From contig OZ287750.1 of the NCBI GenBank assembly GCA_965649765.1, positions 30,132,001-30,196,000 of the forward strand: a stretch of DNA of 64,000 nucleotides, in the 5' to 3' direction. The position numbers and the translations under genes are program-made. Below are positions 40,435 through 54,799 of the stretch, one piece after another. Each line of letters opens with the position of its first letter. Position 1 is the first letter of the stretch. A model generated the notes under the pieces. That model saw nothing but the letters and a program-made list of their open reading frames with translations, ran no database searches and was not told the origin of the DNA. The DNA comes from Bispira polyomma. Lineage: Eukaryota.

Positions 40435-43400
40435 TATTGACACATATTTTTCTCTCTATTATTTAAAGTGTATGTTCATTACCCAAGCTTATTTTTCTAA
40501 AATAGGTAAAATGAATTTCGGGTAAAAGTTTCCACTTATACACTGGTTGTGTAAAATAAGTAGCAAAGTGATATGTATTTTTTATGTCCGAGAGATAAGA
40601 GATGGTAAGGAGAAGTTTGTCCCCCCGAAGGGACAGTTTGTACCCTGATAGTAGGGAGAAGAACACCTGAGCTACACTTGTATGACGTCACCTCATGCTT
40701 GGATGACTTATCTTGAGGCAATTACAAGCCAATAGTTAGTAGCCATTTGTGTGCCTCTTTATGTGGGCCATTTTGTGTGCGATGTCTTTATGGGAGAGAT
40801 AAGGGCATTTACTAGTCTGATTGATGTACAAGTACAAGGACAAGAACAGTTAAACTTTATAAAATAGAGACCACGATTTTGGAATTGTTGTGAATTTACG
40901 GAAAGATAAGAATCTATGCCCCTGTTTTGTAAAATTAGGGTCACCCAATAAAATAGAATTGTAGTTATCAAAACTGGTGGTGGACAAGAGTTTGTTTTTA
41001 GCATTGCAGTAATAAATAGTAACATATAGTTACTATGTTTAAATATGTAACATATGGTAATGTAATACCATATAATATTTTATGTAACATAAGGTTAGTA
41101 TGTTTAATTTCTTTTTAATTTAAGGCAGCAGGAAAAACATAACCTGAAGTAATTAAGAGAATTTCATGAGGGTTATAAAACAGAATATGAATTTAGAACT
41201 AACATGCAAAAAATGGATTATTTAGGTTCCCATCATTTTGTGTATTGCTACCAACAGCAGCTTCTTCCTAGGGGCAGAAAGAGACATATTAAATGGTTTG
41301 CTGCCAATGTTACAAAATATTTCCGATAACACATGTGCAAGAAGCATCAGAATCCTTTTTTTAAGGTTAAGCTCTAAAATTTAAGAGTATCCTTAATTCT
41401 TAAATGTACCAACAATGCAGACACAGAAGAAAGGTGAGCTGAAATGTAGTATTTAATATTGCATATTAACAAAAACTGAAAGATCAGTAGAAAGAAAAGA
41501 AAATGGTTGGATGCTCGGAACTCCTGTATAGTTAAGTTTAAGGGTGGGGCTCTGCGCGAGTCTATACATGTATATTAAAAGCGTTTTAGTTCTAGAGAGC
41601 AGGTTTGTGGAGATAATGGATGGTTATACCTCATCTGATTACCCAATAATAGGCCTCATAGCTGTAATATTTCAGAAGCTTTCTGCCTTACACATTATTG
41701 TTCTATTCAGGAAGGATTCAACGTCCCTTTTTTTCTTGTCACTCTTTCCTTATACATTGAATTCAAGGGAAAGGCCTATTGTTAATTTTCATACACATAT
41801 GCAACACTTCAGTTGTCAAGGTTGCAGTCCAATGCAATCTTGTTTTGATGTAATATAAGTTATGTAACTAATATGCCCTGTCTATTCTTTTTAACACATT
41901 GGTTATTTATCTGCCCAGTGCCATATCCTTTTTTTAGGGGGACGCGGGGGGTGGGGTGGGGGTGGGGGGTCAACTGTTAAAATGCTTTGACAATAGCACA
42001 CTTGCTGCGATTGTATTTTATGCAAAGCTACATTTTAGTTTTTACCTTAAGGCCATAAAAATGTATGTAATACCTATGATGAACTAGAGGATGTCAATCC
42101 CAGAGAAAAGCTTACAGATTATCTTCAGGTGATTTAAGCATTGAGTGACCTTTCCAGCACGCTATACATGACTGGACGTGCTAGTGACCTGAGAAGTTAT
42201 CTTTACCTTTTTAAAACTTCTGTGCTGACCGAACTTTCATATTTAAATACAAATAACCCAGAGGGCCCAGAATTGACTCCAGGTAGACCATACACAGTGA
42301 TCCTTCACAGAATCTAGCCAGGTCAAAATAAAGGGGGGGGGGGAGGGGGGTATTTTTGGAAGTTACGCAGTTTATCTTGGGGTGGTCATGTTCTGTCTAA
42401 CAATAGTGTTTAACATTTAAAGTTTAGGGAAAGACTTTGACCTTATAATCCTTTCTTTGTCTAGGTTGTATTATCAAAGTTTTGTCCAACAATATTCTGA
42501 TGTGGTAGCAATGATCAGAAATATAGTCTTCGAAATGTAGCAAACTGTGTCTTTTCACTGATTTCCGAGTTTAAGCTGTGACATTTCATCAGTTGCTTGT
42601 TTCCTGTATATCGTAATATAAACTTCTGTGCCTTATAAGAGACCATTCAGACTCATTTTAAATTTGTATCATAATATAGAGTGTTGTTAAACTATAAAAC
42701 ATTTTGGAAATCTCTGCTGCGGAAACAAGTCAAAGCAAATTTTTTAAAGATATTTAGAGATGAGTTATATTTTATATGATCATTGTAGCTGTGAAAAACC
42801 CAGCACATTTACCCTTGTTCCACACAAGGTTGTATATAATATTTAGACTGTACGTGATACTTTAACTCAAGAAAATAAATGTTTGTTTATGTAAGTCAAG
42901 TAATATAAATATTTTGCATCATTGATAGCAATATGGGGATTGAAAAAACACACAACAAATATTGAGTCCTAAAACTAAATTATATTAAGGAATTTTTTTA
43001 GGTTGAAAACATTTTAGTTGTAACAAAGTCTCAGATCTGGTTACAAATGAAAAAAAAAAACACCAAACAAACCTGACCTTTTATCACAAACCGTTACGAT
43101 AGAATGTGGTGGTTTATGTTAGTATTTATCAAAGATCATCTGCTTTTAAGGGGTGACAGTAATTTGTTCCATTAGATCAGGAATTTATGATCTAACCCCC
43201 CAGTATATACCCCTGGCTTGTCCAAGGGGGCAGAAAGATACATCGGTTGGTTCACCATTTCGGATCCTCCTCCACTATTTTGTATCAGTTTTAGGAATGA
43301 ATGGTTTATTGTTTTACGTCCCTTTTTCCAAATTTGTGTTTTTTTTTCTCCCAAAACAGTTTGGCACTGCATCTGTTTTCTTGGATTTGTTAATTTACCT

Positions 43401-43884
43401 TATAATACCATATTAATTCCGATTGTTTCTTGATTGGTTAAAACAATATAACATTCATAACATAAAGCAATTTACAGAACAGTGGCTACATAAATGGGAA
43501 TTGACTTTCAGAGATTGAGCACAGAATCATTTGGAGAATAGGGAGTTGTGGTAATGTTCCCCTTTAAAGGTAATTGTTAAAACACAGCACCCTGTTATTG
43601 TGGGCGTAATGTTCCCATGTTCTTGGTCCACTTGGCATATGACAGAAATCTGTGACAGTTATCTTCTTCTTCTCCTTTGACAGGCTGCCACAGGGCAGTG
43701 GGCTGGTTTTGTTTGTGGAGTATGTTTAATCTCAACTACACGCTGCCCCCCCCCCCCCCCCCCCCCCCCCCCGTTTCTTTTTGTCTTTGTTTTATTGACC
43801 ATTTAGAGTTTCTCAAGGTCAAGTTAGGGAATATTTATAACATACTAAGAGACCAGTGTTTAGTAGTTTGGAAATGGAATATTT

Positions 43885-44555
43885 GGAATAAGTTTGCTAC
43901 CTTAGTAATAGTACCTGGGTATTGAATCAGCATAAATATTGTTTAGAATAAGTTTGCTACCTTTTGAATTAGCATATATATTATTTAGAATAAGTTTGCT
44001 ACCTTTTGAATTAGCATATATATTATTTAGAATAAGTTTGCTACCTTTTGAATTAGCATAAATAATATTTAGAATAAGTTTGCTACCTTTTGAATTAGCA
44101 TAAATATTATTTAGAATAAGTTTGCCACCTTTTGAGTTAATGTCCAGACACACAGAACTGTATCCAGATCTTTTTGAAACAAATAAAACAGTGCAAGCAG
44201 ACACACAGAACATGGATCAGGATCCGGATCCGTGGATAAAATTTACACAGATTTCATATCTATTTTTTGACGGATCCGGATCTCTACTAAAAACCTGCAA
44301 AGTAGCTCAAATTTTCACATATTTAAAAACATAAACACTCTGTGACTATGATTCGGCCAGATTTTCTGTCCTGTGTGAATTGAAGAAAACAGAATCCGTT
44401 TTAAATGATTATACAAATCCGGATCTGGTTCTGTGTGTCTGGACCTTTAGCATAAATAATATTTAGAATAAGTTTGCTACCTTTTGAATTGGCATAAATA
44501 ATATTTAAAATAAGTTTGCTACTTTTGTACCTTTTGAATTAGCATAAATATTATC
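43885..44555. repeat. 42-bp minisatellite (ttagcataaatattatttagaataagtttgctaccttttgaa), interrupted by a MITE
   Basis: Direct reading; 14-aa periodicity in ORF 43902-44213. Confidence 0.95.
44140..44446. mobile_element. PIF/Harbinger-like MITE with TTA TSD
   Basis: tta|atgtccagacacacagaac ... gttctgtgtgtctggacct|tta; internal GGATCC repeats. Confidence 0.85.
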
Positions 44556-45576
44556 TGGGTCATTCTGTTAGAATTTTAACTGGTCTTCACTGGCCTATTA
44601 CAAAGACCCTAGTGTCGATGTTTCTTGTGTTTTTTTCGCTCGACATAGATATTTTGTGTGTATAAAAAAACTCAACGGGTTTGTTATATTTATTTAATGA
44701 AATTTTCTTTTTTTCAATTTCAAAAATAATGAATATTTACAACAGATTATGTGTTATATAAGATCCTGTGATTGTAACCTTTGGAGTACCGTTGGATTTT
44801 TTACCTGAGTATATATCCCTGTTTATGTTTACACGTATCTCAGTTCATGGAATGTATGACATTTCCAACTTTTCCTGTTTACCAGTTATGGGGGCAAACT
44901 TGATTGAGAAGGTAGTTGTCCAGATAATGATGATTACATACATAGTAAAAGTGCAAAATACTTTTAAGATTCTTTGATTCATAGCCACCAACAACTGGAA
45001 ATAAAAGGGAGGTTATGATTGCCCCAATCTTTAGAAAAGTGGTAGAAATCTGAATTCTCTGATTTGATGAAGCATAACTTATCTAGTACCCCCTTTTTTG
45101 TGGATTTTCATTTAATGAGGAAAATAAACAAAAATGGTTTTGATGTATTAGTATAATAAGATCAGCCTCTATTTAACCTGTGTGTTTTTCTTTTCCTATT
45201 TATATACCGGTATATATTAGGAGATAAGTTATAAGGCAGTGGTGGTGTATTTAATTAAATATCCTTGTTTTGACTGTGTTTTATCCTTCCTTGGCCTTTA
45301 AGGGATGATGCTGACAATAAGCATTTCACTCACAGTGCGTGGGCGGGCGGGTGGGTGGGTCTCAGATCATCTGATGATCTCAATACCCTGGGACAGCCAT
45401 AATGACTTCCCTCACATGGTATTTCCAGGTGACTTTTTAACTTCATCTAAAGAATTCCTGCCCTGTGTCATGGTGTTTTGACGACTTAGTCGGAACTAGA
45501 CCTTTTATTATGTTTGCAGGGTTTTTCATTATAGTTAGAGTTATCACAGTTACACAACATCTCGGGTATTTGTAGA

Positions 45577-47665
45577 ATTATTATTATAGATTTTTAACGC
45601 GCTTTATTGATGCTAGGCATCTTCTAAAGCGCAACAGCAGAATCATTAGTCCAATCATTAAGTCCATGGAATTTGCAAAGTCGTAAGGAAGGAAGTGGGA
45701 GCGTGCACGAGGAAAGCTAAGGTGGGTAGGCAAGATTAAAAAGATAGGTTTTAAGCTTTTTCCTAAAACCGATAAGTGTATCAACTGATCTGAGGTCAAC
45801 TGGGAGACTGTTCCATAACCGTGGAGCTGCAGTGGAGAACGCTCTTAAACCTGCCTTTCTGATTGGTCTGACCAAAGTGACAGAGAGTCTGTTGCCTCTC
45901 TTGCGGTTACTGAAGGAAAGAAGGGAGGCAAGGTAGGGTGGCTGTTGAGTGACTACAGCCTTAAAAGTGGTAACGTGAATCTTAAACAAAATTCGAGATT
46001 TAATGGGCAACCAGTGTAATTTTTTGAGGTAAGGAGTGACGTCTGTGCGACAATCCAGGCGAAAAATGACCCTACATAGGTAGTTTTGGATGGACTGGAG
46101 CTTTTTAATGTTTGACTTGTTTGCTTCGTACAAGAGAGAATTGCAGTAGTCGAGGCGGCTACTCACAAGGGCATTTGCCACAGTTATGGCTGTGTCCATG
46201 GACAAGTGGTTTCTGATTCTTTTGATGTCGCGTATGTGGTAATAGCAGGAGCGACAGATGTTGGCAACATGAGTATCGAACGAAAAAGCTGAATCAAAAG
46301 TGACACCCAGGTTTTTAGCATTTTCGGAAGGTAGTATGTCTTTTCCCAGCAGGAAGATGGGAAACAAAGATTTTAGGAGTTCACTGTTTTTCTTGTTTCC
46401 TATGAGGATGAATTCTGTTTTGTCAGGGTTAAGCTTTAGTTTGGAGTAGTTCATCCACGCCTGGACATCAGACAGACAGTCTGCAAGTAGGCCTATGTTA
46501 GTATCTGCGTTTTGTGGATTGAGGGAGAAATAGACTTGAGTGTCGTCTGCATACATGTGGTGTTTTATATTGTGTTTATTGATGACAGTGCTAAGAAGAT
46601 GTGTATAAAGGGTGAAAAGTAGAGGACCAAGGACGGATCCTTGGGGTACTCCATATGGAAGTTTCATGGAAGATGATAGGTGATCATCTAGTTTAATTCT
46701 TTGTGCCCTAAGAGTAAGGTAGGATCTGATCCATTTAAGGACACTGCCATTACTTGAGAGTGTCGCAGAGCAGGACATGATCGATAGTGTCGAATGCAGC
46801 TGAGAGATCCAGAAGGGTGAGGGCCACTGTGTCGTTGCGGTCCAGTGCAAGATTGATATCATTGCTGATTGAAAAAAGGGCACTTTCTGTAGAGTGAAAT
46901 TTTCTATAAGCAGACTGATGGCAATTTTCAATGTTTTGTCTATTAAGGTGGTCAGAAATTTGTTTAGCTACAGCTTTCTCGATGACTTTTGAGACGAAGC
47001 TGAGGTTTGACACCGGTCTGTAGTTTTTGAGCTGGTTTTTATCAAGCCCTTGTTTTTTAATCAAGGGAGTTACGTTTGCCGTGGGAAAAACACCATCCCG
47101 AAGAGAAAAATTTAATATATTTGTTATGGGTGTGACAAGAATGTCAAGACATTGACTCAGTATAACTGCTGGGATGGGATCTAAGTCACAAGATTTAATA
47201 GTAGAGGATTTGATGAGTTTCAGAACTTCAAGCTCTGACAGTGTACTAAAATGAAAAGGTTACAAACCTTATATCCTGGGGCTGGAGGATTGAAGTGATG
47301 TATCGTTGGGAAGGCGTCACGAATGTTGCTGATTTTTTCTATAAAAAATTTTCCAAATTTTTCTGCTAAAAAAGTAAGACAGTGGTTTATGGGGAGAACT
47401 TTCTTTGATGTTCGATGTAGAATTTTGTTTATGGAGGCCCATAACCTTTTGGGATTATCCTGATTTTCGGTGATGATGGAGTCGTAGTGTTGCTTTTTGG
47501 CATCAGTTATTAGCCTGTTGTAATTATTTGTGGCGATACGGTAACGGCTTCTGTCTAAGGAGGATTTTGTGCGTCGCCATTGACGCTCAAGTTGGCGTTT
47601 GTGTCTTTTGGCCTCTGTAATAGCGGCATTGGTCCATTCATGGGTGTTAGTTGGGGGAAGGGTTT
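45577..47665 (-). mobile_element. 5'-truncated, frameshifted L2/CR1-group LINE (reverse transcriptase ORF2)
   Basis: Overlapping ORFs carry RT motifs KNYRPVSNLSFVSKVIEK, LLDLSAAFDTIDH, GVPQGSVLGPLLF, YADD, KLNPDKTE, LHWLP and C-terminal LKTYLFNLAYPP; (TAA)n tail near 45577. Confidence 0.95.
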
Positions 47666-47867
47666 TTGATAGTACATTAACTAGTACATTAACAGTACAT
47701 ATTTGATAGTACATTTTAGTACATTAATTTTTTTTTCATTTGCTAAAGAGTAGATACAAATTGTCGTTGAAAACATGTGATAAATTTCTTGGTCCTTAAT
47801 TTCTTTGAGAAAAAGCTGGGTTATTGAAACAATACTAATGTAGCATTCACACCATCAAGTTCTCAGC

Positions 47868-48600
47868 CACATGCCCAGACCATACCAGATCTAAGCAGAT
47901 CATCACACGTTTATGCAGCATTTTCTCTAGATTACACCAGTCTTGTCCAGATCACACAGGTTTGGACCAGTTTATGCCTGTTTATTCCCTGTTTATGCTT
48001 CGACCATACCTGTTGTCACCAATTCTCTCCAGATGTGACTTTTAGTGCCAACCACTAACATGTCCAAAACTTCCAGCTCTGACACCAGTTCTTGCTGATC
48101 TCTCCAGTTTGTGCCCAGATGTTATGCTGCAATTACACTGTCCAAGTGCTCCCCATGTTTATACCCGTTTACGCCCGACCATTAGAGGTTAGCTGGTCTG
48201 GAGGGATGGAGGAAAATGTTCATTTGCATTTGCATATTTTGCATGCCCCGTTTATGTCCAGTTTTGACCAGATCTCACCAGTTTATGATGAGTTTATGCC
48301 CCGACCAGACCAGATCTAAGCAGTTCATCACAAGTTCATGTAACATTTGCTCCAGATTAAAGCAAATTACACCAGTTCTGGCCAGATTCAAAGCAGTTTA
48401 AGCCCAGTTTACACAAGTTTTGTGCAGTTTAAGCCCTGTTTATGCCCCAATTACACCCCTTGTCTCCAATTCTCTTAAGATATGCTTTCATAGCCGACCA
48501 CCCACACAAGTTTTAAATATGTTTAAAAGTACTGGCTCTGCCTCTCGTTCTTTTCCCAATCTCATCAGCTTATGCCCAGTTTAGGGCCAAATGTCAGACG
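47868..48600 (+). repeat. Degenerate internally repetitive element with a ~425-bp-period direct duplication
   Basis: gacca(t/g)accagatctaagcag recurs at ~47878 and ~48303, with further matching text downstream. Confidence 0.7.
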
Positions 48601-49691
48601 TTTGTCCTTGACCATGCATGTTCTCAGGGGTCAATTCAATTCGAATGGGTCCTGGGAACGTGATGATGTGAAGGCCCATGAGACGTTTACTCCAGACCAT
48701 ACTAGTTGTTAAAAATTGGAAGTAAACGGCTGTAAAGATTGTGAAGGTCTGAACGGTACATAAGAGACAGGATAAATGAAATCACGAGTTCCACAGTTGT
48801 TTGTGATGAAGCTAAGACAGTTTTATACAGAAGATCTAGAGTAAAAAAGGCAATTAAGCTGATGAAGAGTTAGATATTATGTCATAGCTCTATGTTATAT
48901 AGATATATATGGGGGGATGCACCAAATCTTGTTAGAAATTCATTCAATTGTTTAGACTGAAAAGTGATGTAAATCCCAAATAGATTTTCATTATGCCATC
49001 CTTCTGTTAAATCAGTGGTAGAATGGAAAGTGATTTTTTAAGGTTTCATAGCAGTTGTTAAGGTTGAATTATGATAAGGCGTATGTTATGGAAGTCAATG
49101 GCACTTAAGTAATACATGTACATACATGCAGTGTAACCTGTTTCAGTTTGTAAGATCTTTATTCATGCTGCCATTCGTACTGCAGAAAGAGCCTTATTCG
49201 TCCGACCATCTTTGGAGACACAGGATCCTGTCAAATAAATGAAAAGTTCAGATAGATGAGAAGAATATTTCGCCAAGTGTAATTCTTTTGGACAGGTGAA
49301 ACACAGAACTTTTGTTAATTATGCCCACCCGCCAAAGAGGTTAAGTTTTTGCCTGGTTTGTTTGGTTTGTTTGTGCTCATCCATCTATCAAGATTACTTC
49401 AAACTATTGAATCAGTCCCTATTTACATGGAATTTGGTTGAGAGAATGGTCTTGGGTAAGGAAGATTTTATTTTGGCACTGTGGCAACTTGGAAGAGCTT
49501 TAAGCTCTATTGAGTGTCGTTTTAGAAGTTAGAAAGCATCTCTAATTTGTATAACCTATACACAGAAACAATTGGTACAACAAACTTCTTTTTTTTAAAT
49601 TTTTTTTTAAGGTTTATTCCCACTATTAAATATGTTTTCAGACACCCTGTGCAGAGAGAAGGGGTTGCAATCCTCTCACAAGGACTTTATA

Positions 49692-49895
49692 AATAACTGC
49701 ACCTTGCAGGGTGGCTTCATTACATTTAAAAAACATGGAAAATTAATACAAATAACTGCACCTCACAGGGTGACTTAATTACCTTTAAAAACATGGAAAA
49801 TTAATACAAATAACTGCACCTCGCAGGGTGACTTAATTACCTTTAAAAAACATGAAAAATTAATACAAATAACTGCACCTCGCAGGGTGACATAT
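49692..49895 (+). repeat. ~59-bp tandem repeat, about 3.5 copies
   Basis: aaataactgcacctcgcagggtgacttaattacctttaaaaacatggaaaattaatac repeated. Confidence 0.92.
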
Positions 49896-52468
49896 CTTTA
49901 CAAAACACAGCAAATTAATGTGGTAAAACAAAATGTAACCTTAAATCTCAAATCAGAACTTACAAAAATTACATTGTAGGTCATGTATTATTGACACTGA
50001 GAAAGGTGTTACATTTCCTTAAATGTGCTGGTGAGGTCTGCTATGTTCATTTTTTATTGGACACAATAACTAAGGGTATTTTGAGACTCTTTGCTTTGTT
50101 AAGTGTTAATTTGTCTATTATTTGTTGTTTGCTATATTTAAATAGTGGATTTGTAAATAAAATGCTTAAAAAAATTTATGACAGAAGTACCTTTTATTGG
50201 GCCAGATGTCTTAAAATTCAGAACTTGTTGTATTATCTTGAACTTCCCACTTTAGATCTGCCATGATTTTGGTTGGTCTTTGCTGTGACTTTATGTATTG
50301 TGTATATGGATGGATGACTATCAGAAAATATCAACGGGTCTAACTTTATTTACTTCTCTGTCCTAACCTTTACTTGTATCCCTTAGATAAACAAGCTCTT
50401 TCTCCTGTTCTCAGGTTGTTTTGCCTGCTAAAGAGGGTCCATATTTTTTGTACAAAAAAAAAAAAAAAATTTCCATTCTGTTAGGATGACTTTTCTAAGT
50501 TTAGGCATTTATAATCTCCTGTTACATTCTATATTTTTCACTGTAGTGGAAAACAATGACGAATCGGAGAAATCTGTTATCTGAGGTAAGAAAAACCGGC
50601 CTTTAAGTGGCAGAGCTCGACAGATTTGAGACCACAAAGTTTAAAGCTTTCAAGATCTGCTTATGGTATGTTGGTTAAGGGCCATAGATATAGTTATTAT
50701 ATGTAGGATTCAGTTAATGATAATAAGCTTCCTTTTGTATTTGGCATTTCAGTATTTCGTTAACATTTGTAAAACCCAAAATGTATGAAAATATGCTGGG
50801 GGAGATTATTTTACCAATTGCACACATCTTTGCCTTTTCTCATGTGTATTGAAATACTATTTATTGATGGTATTACTTTTCTCTTCTGTTTCTCTTTATA
50901 TGTTTGTCCTGTATATTTCTCATGATCAAAAGCAATTCTGTGTTGAGGTTTTTTTGACTAATTATTACTTTCACAAAAGACTTTTACTAGCAATACAGCA
51001 CTTTACATGTAGTTTAATCTACGTTATAATAGCTATTATAAATATGAATTACTATTAATTTTTTTCATTTCGATAACTTCTGAATCTGTAATGAGAACTA
51101 ACATATAATATTAAACCATAAATTATAACTGTTTCACACTTTTGTGTTCGCTTACCATAATTACACAGGTTTCTTTTACAGTTCATTCTTATTACACAAA
51201 TGAAGAGTTTACAAAAGCGTATTTTATTCCGGATATCTACCATATCTGTGTTGTTGACTTTGTGGAAATTAAGTGTTTGTTCAGACAGTTTTTTTACTTC
51301 TCTTTCACAAAAGTATGTCGACTTGTTTGTAACTTGGATATTCATTCTGACATTTACTTTAATGTATTAATTGGCAGATAAAAAAACTGATACCTGTTTT
51401 TTTGCTCGGGAAACATTTTTTTTGCCCTTGAAAAAATCAATTCTAGTCAACTATTCCAGTAGCAGTGGTTAAAAGGTTCCCTTTTCATTCAGTTTAAAAC
51501 ACTTTATAGAACTTGGAAAAACAAAGCCAATGATGGTGCTGTTTTTTGCAGATTGTAGTTTGTGACCGTAACAATGCAGGGATATTTCAGAAGATTCATA
51601 CCAATCCCTTGTATTGACACAACTTAAAAACTTTGTGACATTGCAAATGTGGAATAGAAGAAGCAAAAACTTGTTAAAATAATTGGTAAAAGATTATTGT
51701 ATGTGGATTCTCTAGTGGATACTTTAAGACATTGAGATGTACTAAACGTTAAGTCCTATTTGTGGTGAACCTTTGCTTGTTACAAGCACAGGAGCGTTTG
51801 TATCAACACAGTTTTTTGTTGACTATTGCTCTGTGTCATCATTGTTCTGTCAACAGCATTAACCTCCAGACTCTGTTTGATCGCCTGTTTTTCTGTTGTC
51901 ATAACCGTATCAATAAGCTGTTAGACATGTGTAATTTGTAGCCTGTTAAACATTAGTGATTGTTTGCAGCTGAAGTGGGACAGACCTTGACGGCAAACGG
52001 CAATCTGCAACTTATAGGTTTTCGCTACCAGGAGCGGAGAATAAATTGCCTTGCATTACCTGCAAACTATTGGCGTTACTCACAAGGAAAGACATACTTC
52101 TAAATCCCTGAAACCAATAAAATTGACATTGGCTGATTGGCTCAGAAAATTGCTTTAATGGATACATCCACTAAGCCTTAATTTAGACTTAATCTTTTAG
52201 CCAATCCGGACATAGGCCGATTTATTAAAATCGGAGCCCAGTCGATGTAGCGCTTCCTTTTATCCGATATGTACTAAATATTCGTTGCTGATATAGTGTG
52301 AGAATTTTTGTTCATTTTTGTTGAAAAATCGGACTGACCTCCTGATTTTTGGATGATGGTGGAACAGGTGATGATGGAACAGATGTCTTGCAACATCTGA
52401 TCTGATCTGACGAAAATCTTCTATAAGGAAGCAGTTCCTTACATATACAGTGACAGAGATATTTGGCC

Positions 52469-53026
52469 TGTGAGAATATTATCAAAGAGCTGTTTTTGTT
52501 GGTTTTCAGTTTATGATCAGCTACTTGACTGGGGTGTAGCTCTTATTGATAGAAAACACAAAAAACTAGTGATTCCACAACTTTATTTGAAAACACAATA
52601 ACTTCTAATTCATAATACAATTAACTTTTGATGTCCACTTTATTGCACAACACACATAACTTCTGGTTTACACTTTATTTTATAACACTGACTAAAATTA
52701 TAGTTCCTTTAAATTATGGACCAAAGTTACTAGCAGAACCCCAACCAGGTTTTCCAATTTATAGACCAGAACTTTATAATATTTTTTTCCACTAAATAGG
52801 AGTGTGAAACCTTGGTTCTCGAACTGCAATACTAGAGCAGTATGAAGCCCCACCAGCTGATAAACTTAAAGGGATGCATCAGATGAGCATCTCTGGAGAA
52901 ACCTAATAATGCCCAAACCCCATTGTAAATACCAGTCAGATGCATGACAATAAAGGACTCCCTATACCATTACAGGTGAGATGGATTATCATCATGATGT
53001 CATGAGTTCTAGTACCTGTTCTGACA
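52469..53026 (-). mobile_element. Probable solo-LTR-like element, related to 37835-38267
   Basis: TGTGAGAA...TTCTGACA short inverted ends (TG..CA); shared gagctacaccccagtca...gctgatcataaact segment; no clean TSD seen. Confidence 0.55.
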
Positions 53027-54799
53027 CTGGTCCACATCATGTGACCTAATCCTACTTACAAGCACTCCTAACTTAGGCTTTGAAATTCTAACTTTAGGAT
53101 AGTAGAATCACACTAGGTTATGATGACTTACCATTTTTTTATGGAAACAATAAGTATAACTACTTAGTAGTATACTAATAGTTTGTAGCCCACTAAGTAA
53201 TTAGTATGGCTTTGAGAAACAGGGGCCACAGTTTCCTATTGTTTTTTTGCCTTTGAAAAATGTAATTTTTTAGGCTTTGGCTTTGGAGTTTTACCATACT
53301 TCTGAGAAATTTTAAAATCATTTGATCATGGTGACACACACATTCTACACGGACAGATGGTCTTGTGTTAAATTTTTTTTGCCTTGATCACATATATAAT
53401 GACTCTGTAGTTATAGTGATTTGTGAAATTTTCTTGTCATTTCTTTTTGAAGCAAAGTTACATCTCAGTGACAGTTGTAAAATAAAACATACCTTTCTTA
53501 GACCGGCAATTACCCTGTCAATTAGCCACAATATCCAGCATTATTTGGTAAGGTTGATACTTTAACCAGGGCCAATTATGATGGTTTCACTGGTATCCAA
53601 AAACAGAAGGCTGACTACTGATACATATTACGAAGTTATTCTCCTCACTGAGTGCAGTTAAGTCTTTCTATTGGTTACCATAATTCTTAAATCACCAATT
53701 TAGAGCTATCCCAGGTGGTGATAACTTAAAATTATAGTATAAATAGAATCCCTGAAACAAATGTATAGAAACGGCTTTAAAGGGTCTTACAAACCGCCGA
53801 CTACACAACACTTACACTACATCACACTGCAGAGGATGACACGCCACTACACAACAGTCATATACACACTAAACATGACGCCACACTACATATCCCATAT
53901 AATGTATATGGATCAATACATCACCAAAGTCATTTGTGCACAAAAAATATAAAAACACCCCCCCACCCCCCTAATGACATCACGTGTAGTGTTGTATGGT
54001 ATATTGCAGTGTCATGTTGTGCTAGGACCAGTCTGAATAATAAATAAATTGTTGTCTTCTTTCTTTCTTTTTACCCCACAGCCTATATGGGCTGCCGGAG
54101 TATTGTTTTCACCCATGTCGTCCGGCTGGCTGGGGGGCGGTCGGGCGGAGGCTGCCAACCTTGTCCAGGTCAGATGTCATCAACCGTAAAGAAGAAGAAG
54201 TTCAAACTTGGTTGGGATGTTCCTTAGGGGGTCCAGTTGTGCAAAGTCATGGTCTGACCTCAGTTTGACCTTGTCCCTGTGACCCTGGACTTGAAAATCT
54301 TGTCCGGGCTGTATCTCGGCAACTGTAAGTGGAACAAGTTCAAACTTGGCAGGGATGTTCCTTAGGGGGTCTAGTTCTGCAATATCTCAGCTATTGTGAG
54401 GCTGGACAAACTTAAAAATCTGTACGCTTTTTCCAGCATATTCAACAACATACCACAAACTTTAGAACCACCATTGACCACATCTACACAAATATACCAT
54501 TAAGGATGTTTTCTACCAGTACATTTGAGACATATTTCTCCTATCACAAAGCCATCTGGATTGCTGTAACTGATTATTAAATCGGTAACCCACTAATACA
54601 TTATAAAGGTTTGTAACTCTTTGCTGAAAAATTAGTGCTCGCACATCCCACTACTGTATTTTTTATTTTTAATACATTGTCTTCACATACATTTTCTCTT
54701 ACTGAAGTGTTTGTTCCTATACCTTTACATAACTTACACTCTGTCTCTTGTACACGATACATTACCAGGTGTACGTTTTCACCTCTTCTGTATTTGCTG

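Noticed and set aside
43902-44213. 103-aa ORF with 14-aa repeats
   Set aside because: Product of the 42-bp minisatellite plus MITE sequence
45717-47714. Active or domesticated reverse transcriptase gene
   Set aside because: Multiple frameshifts, an apparent deletion within the RT region and 5' truncation indicate a dead LINE copy
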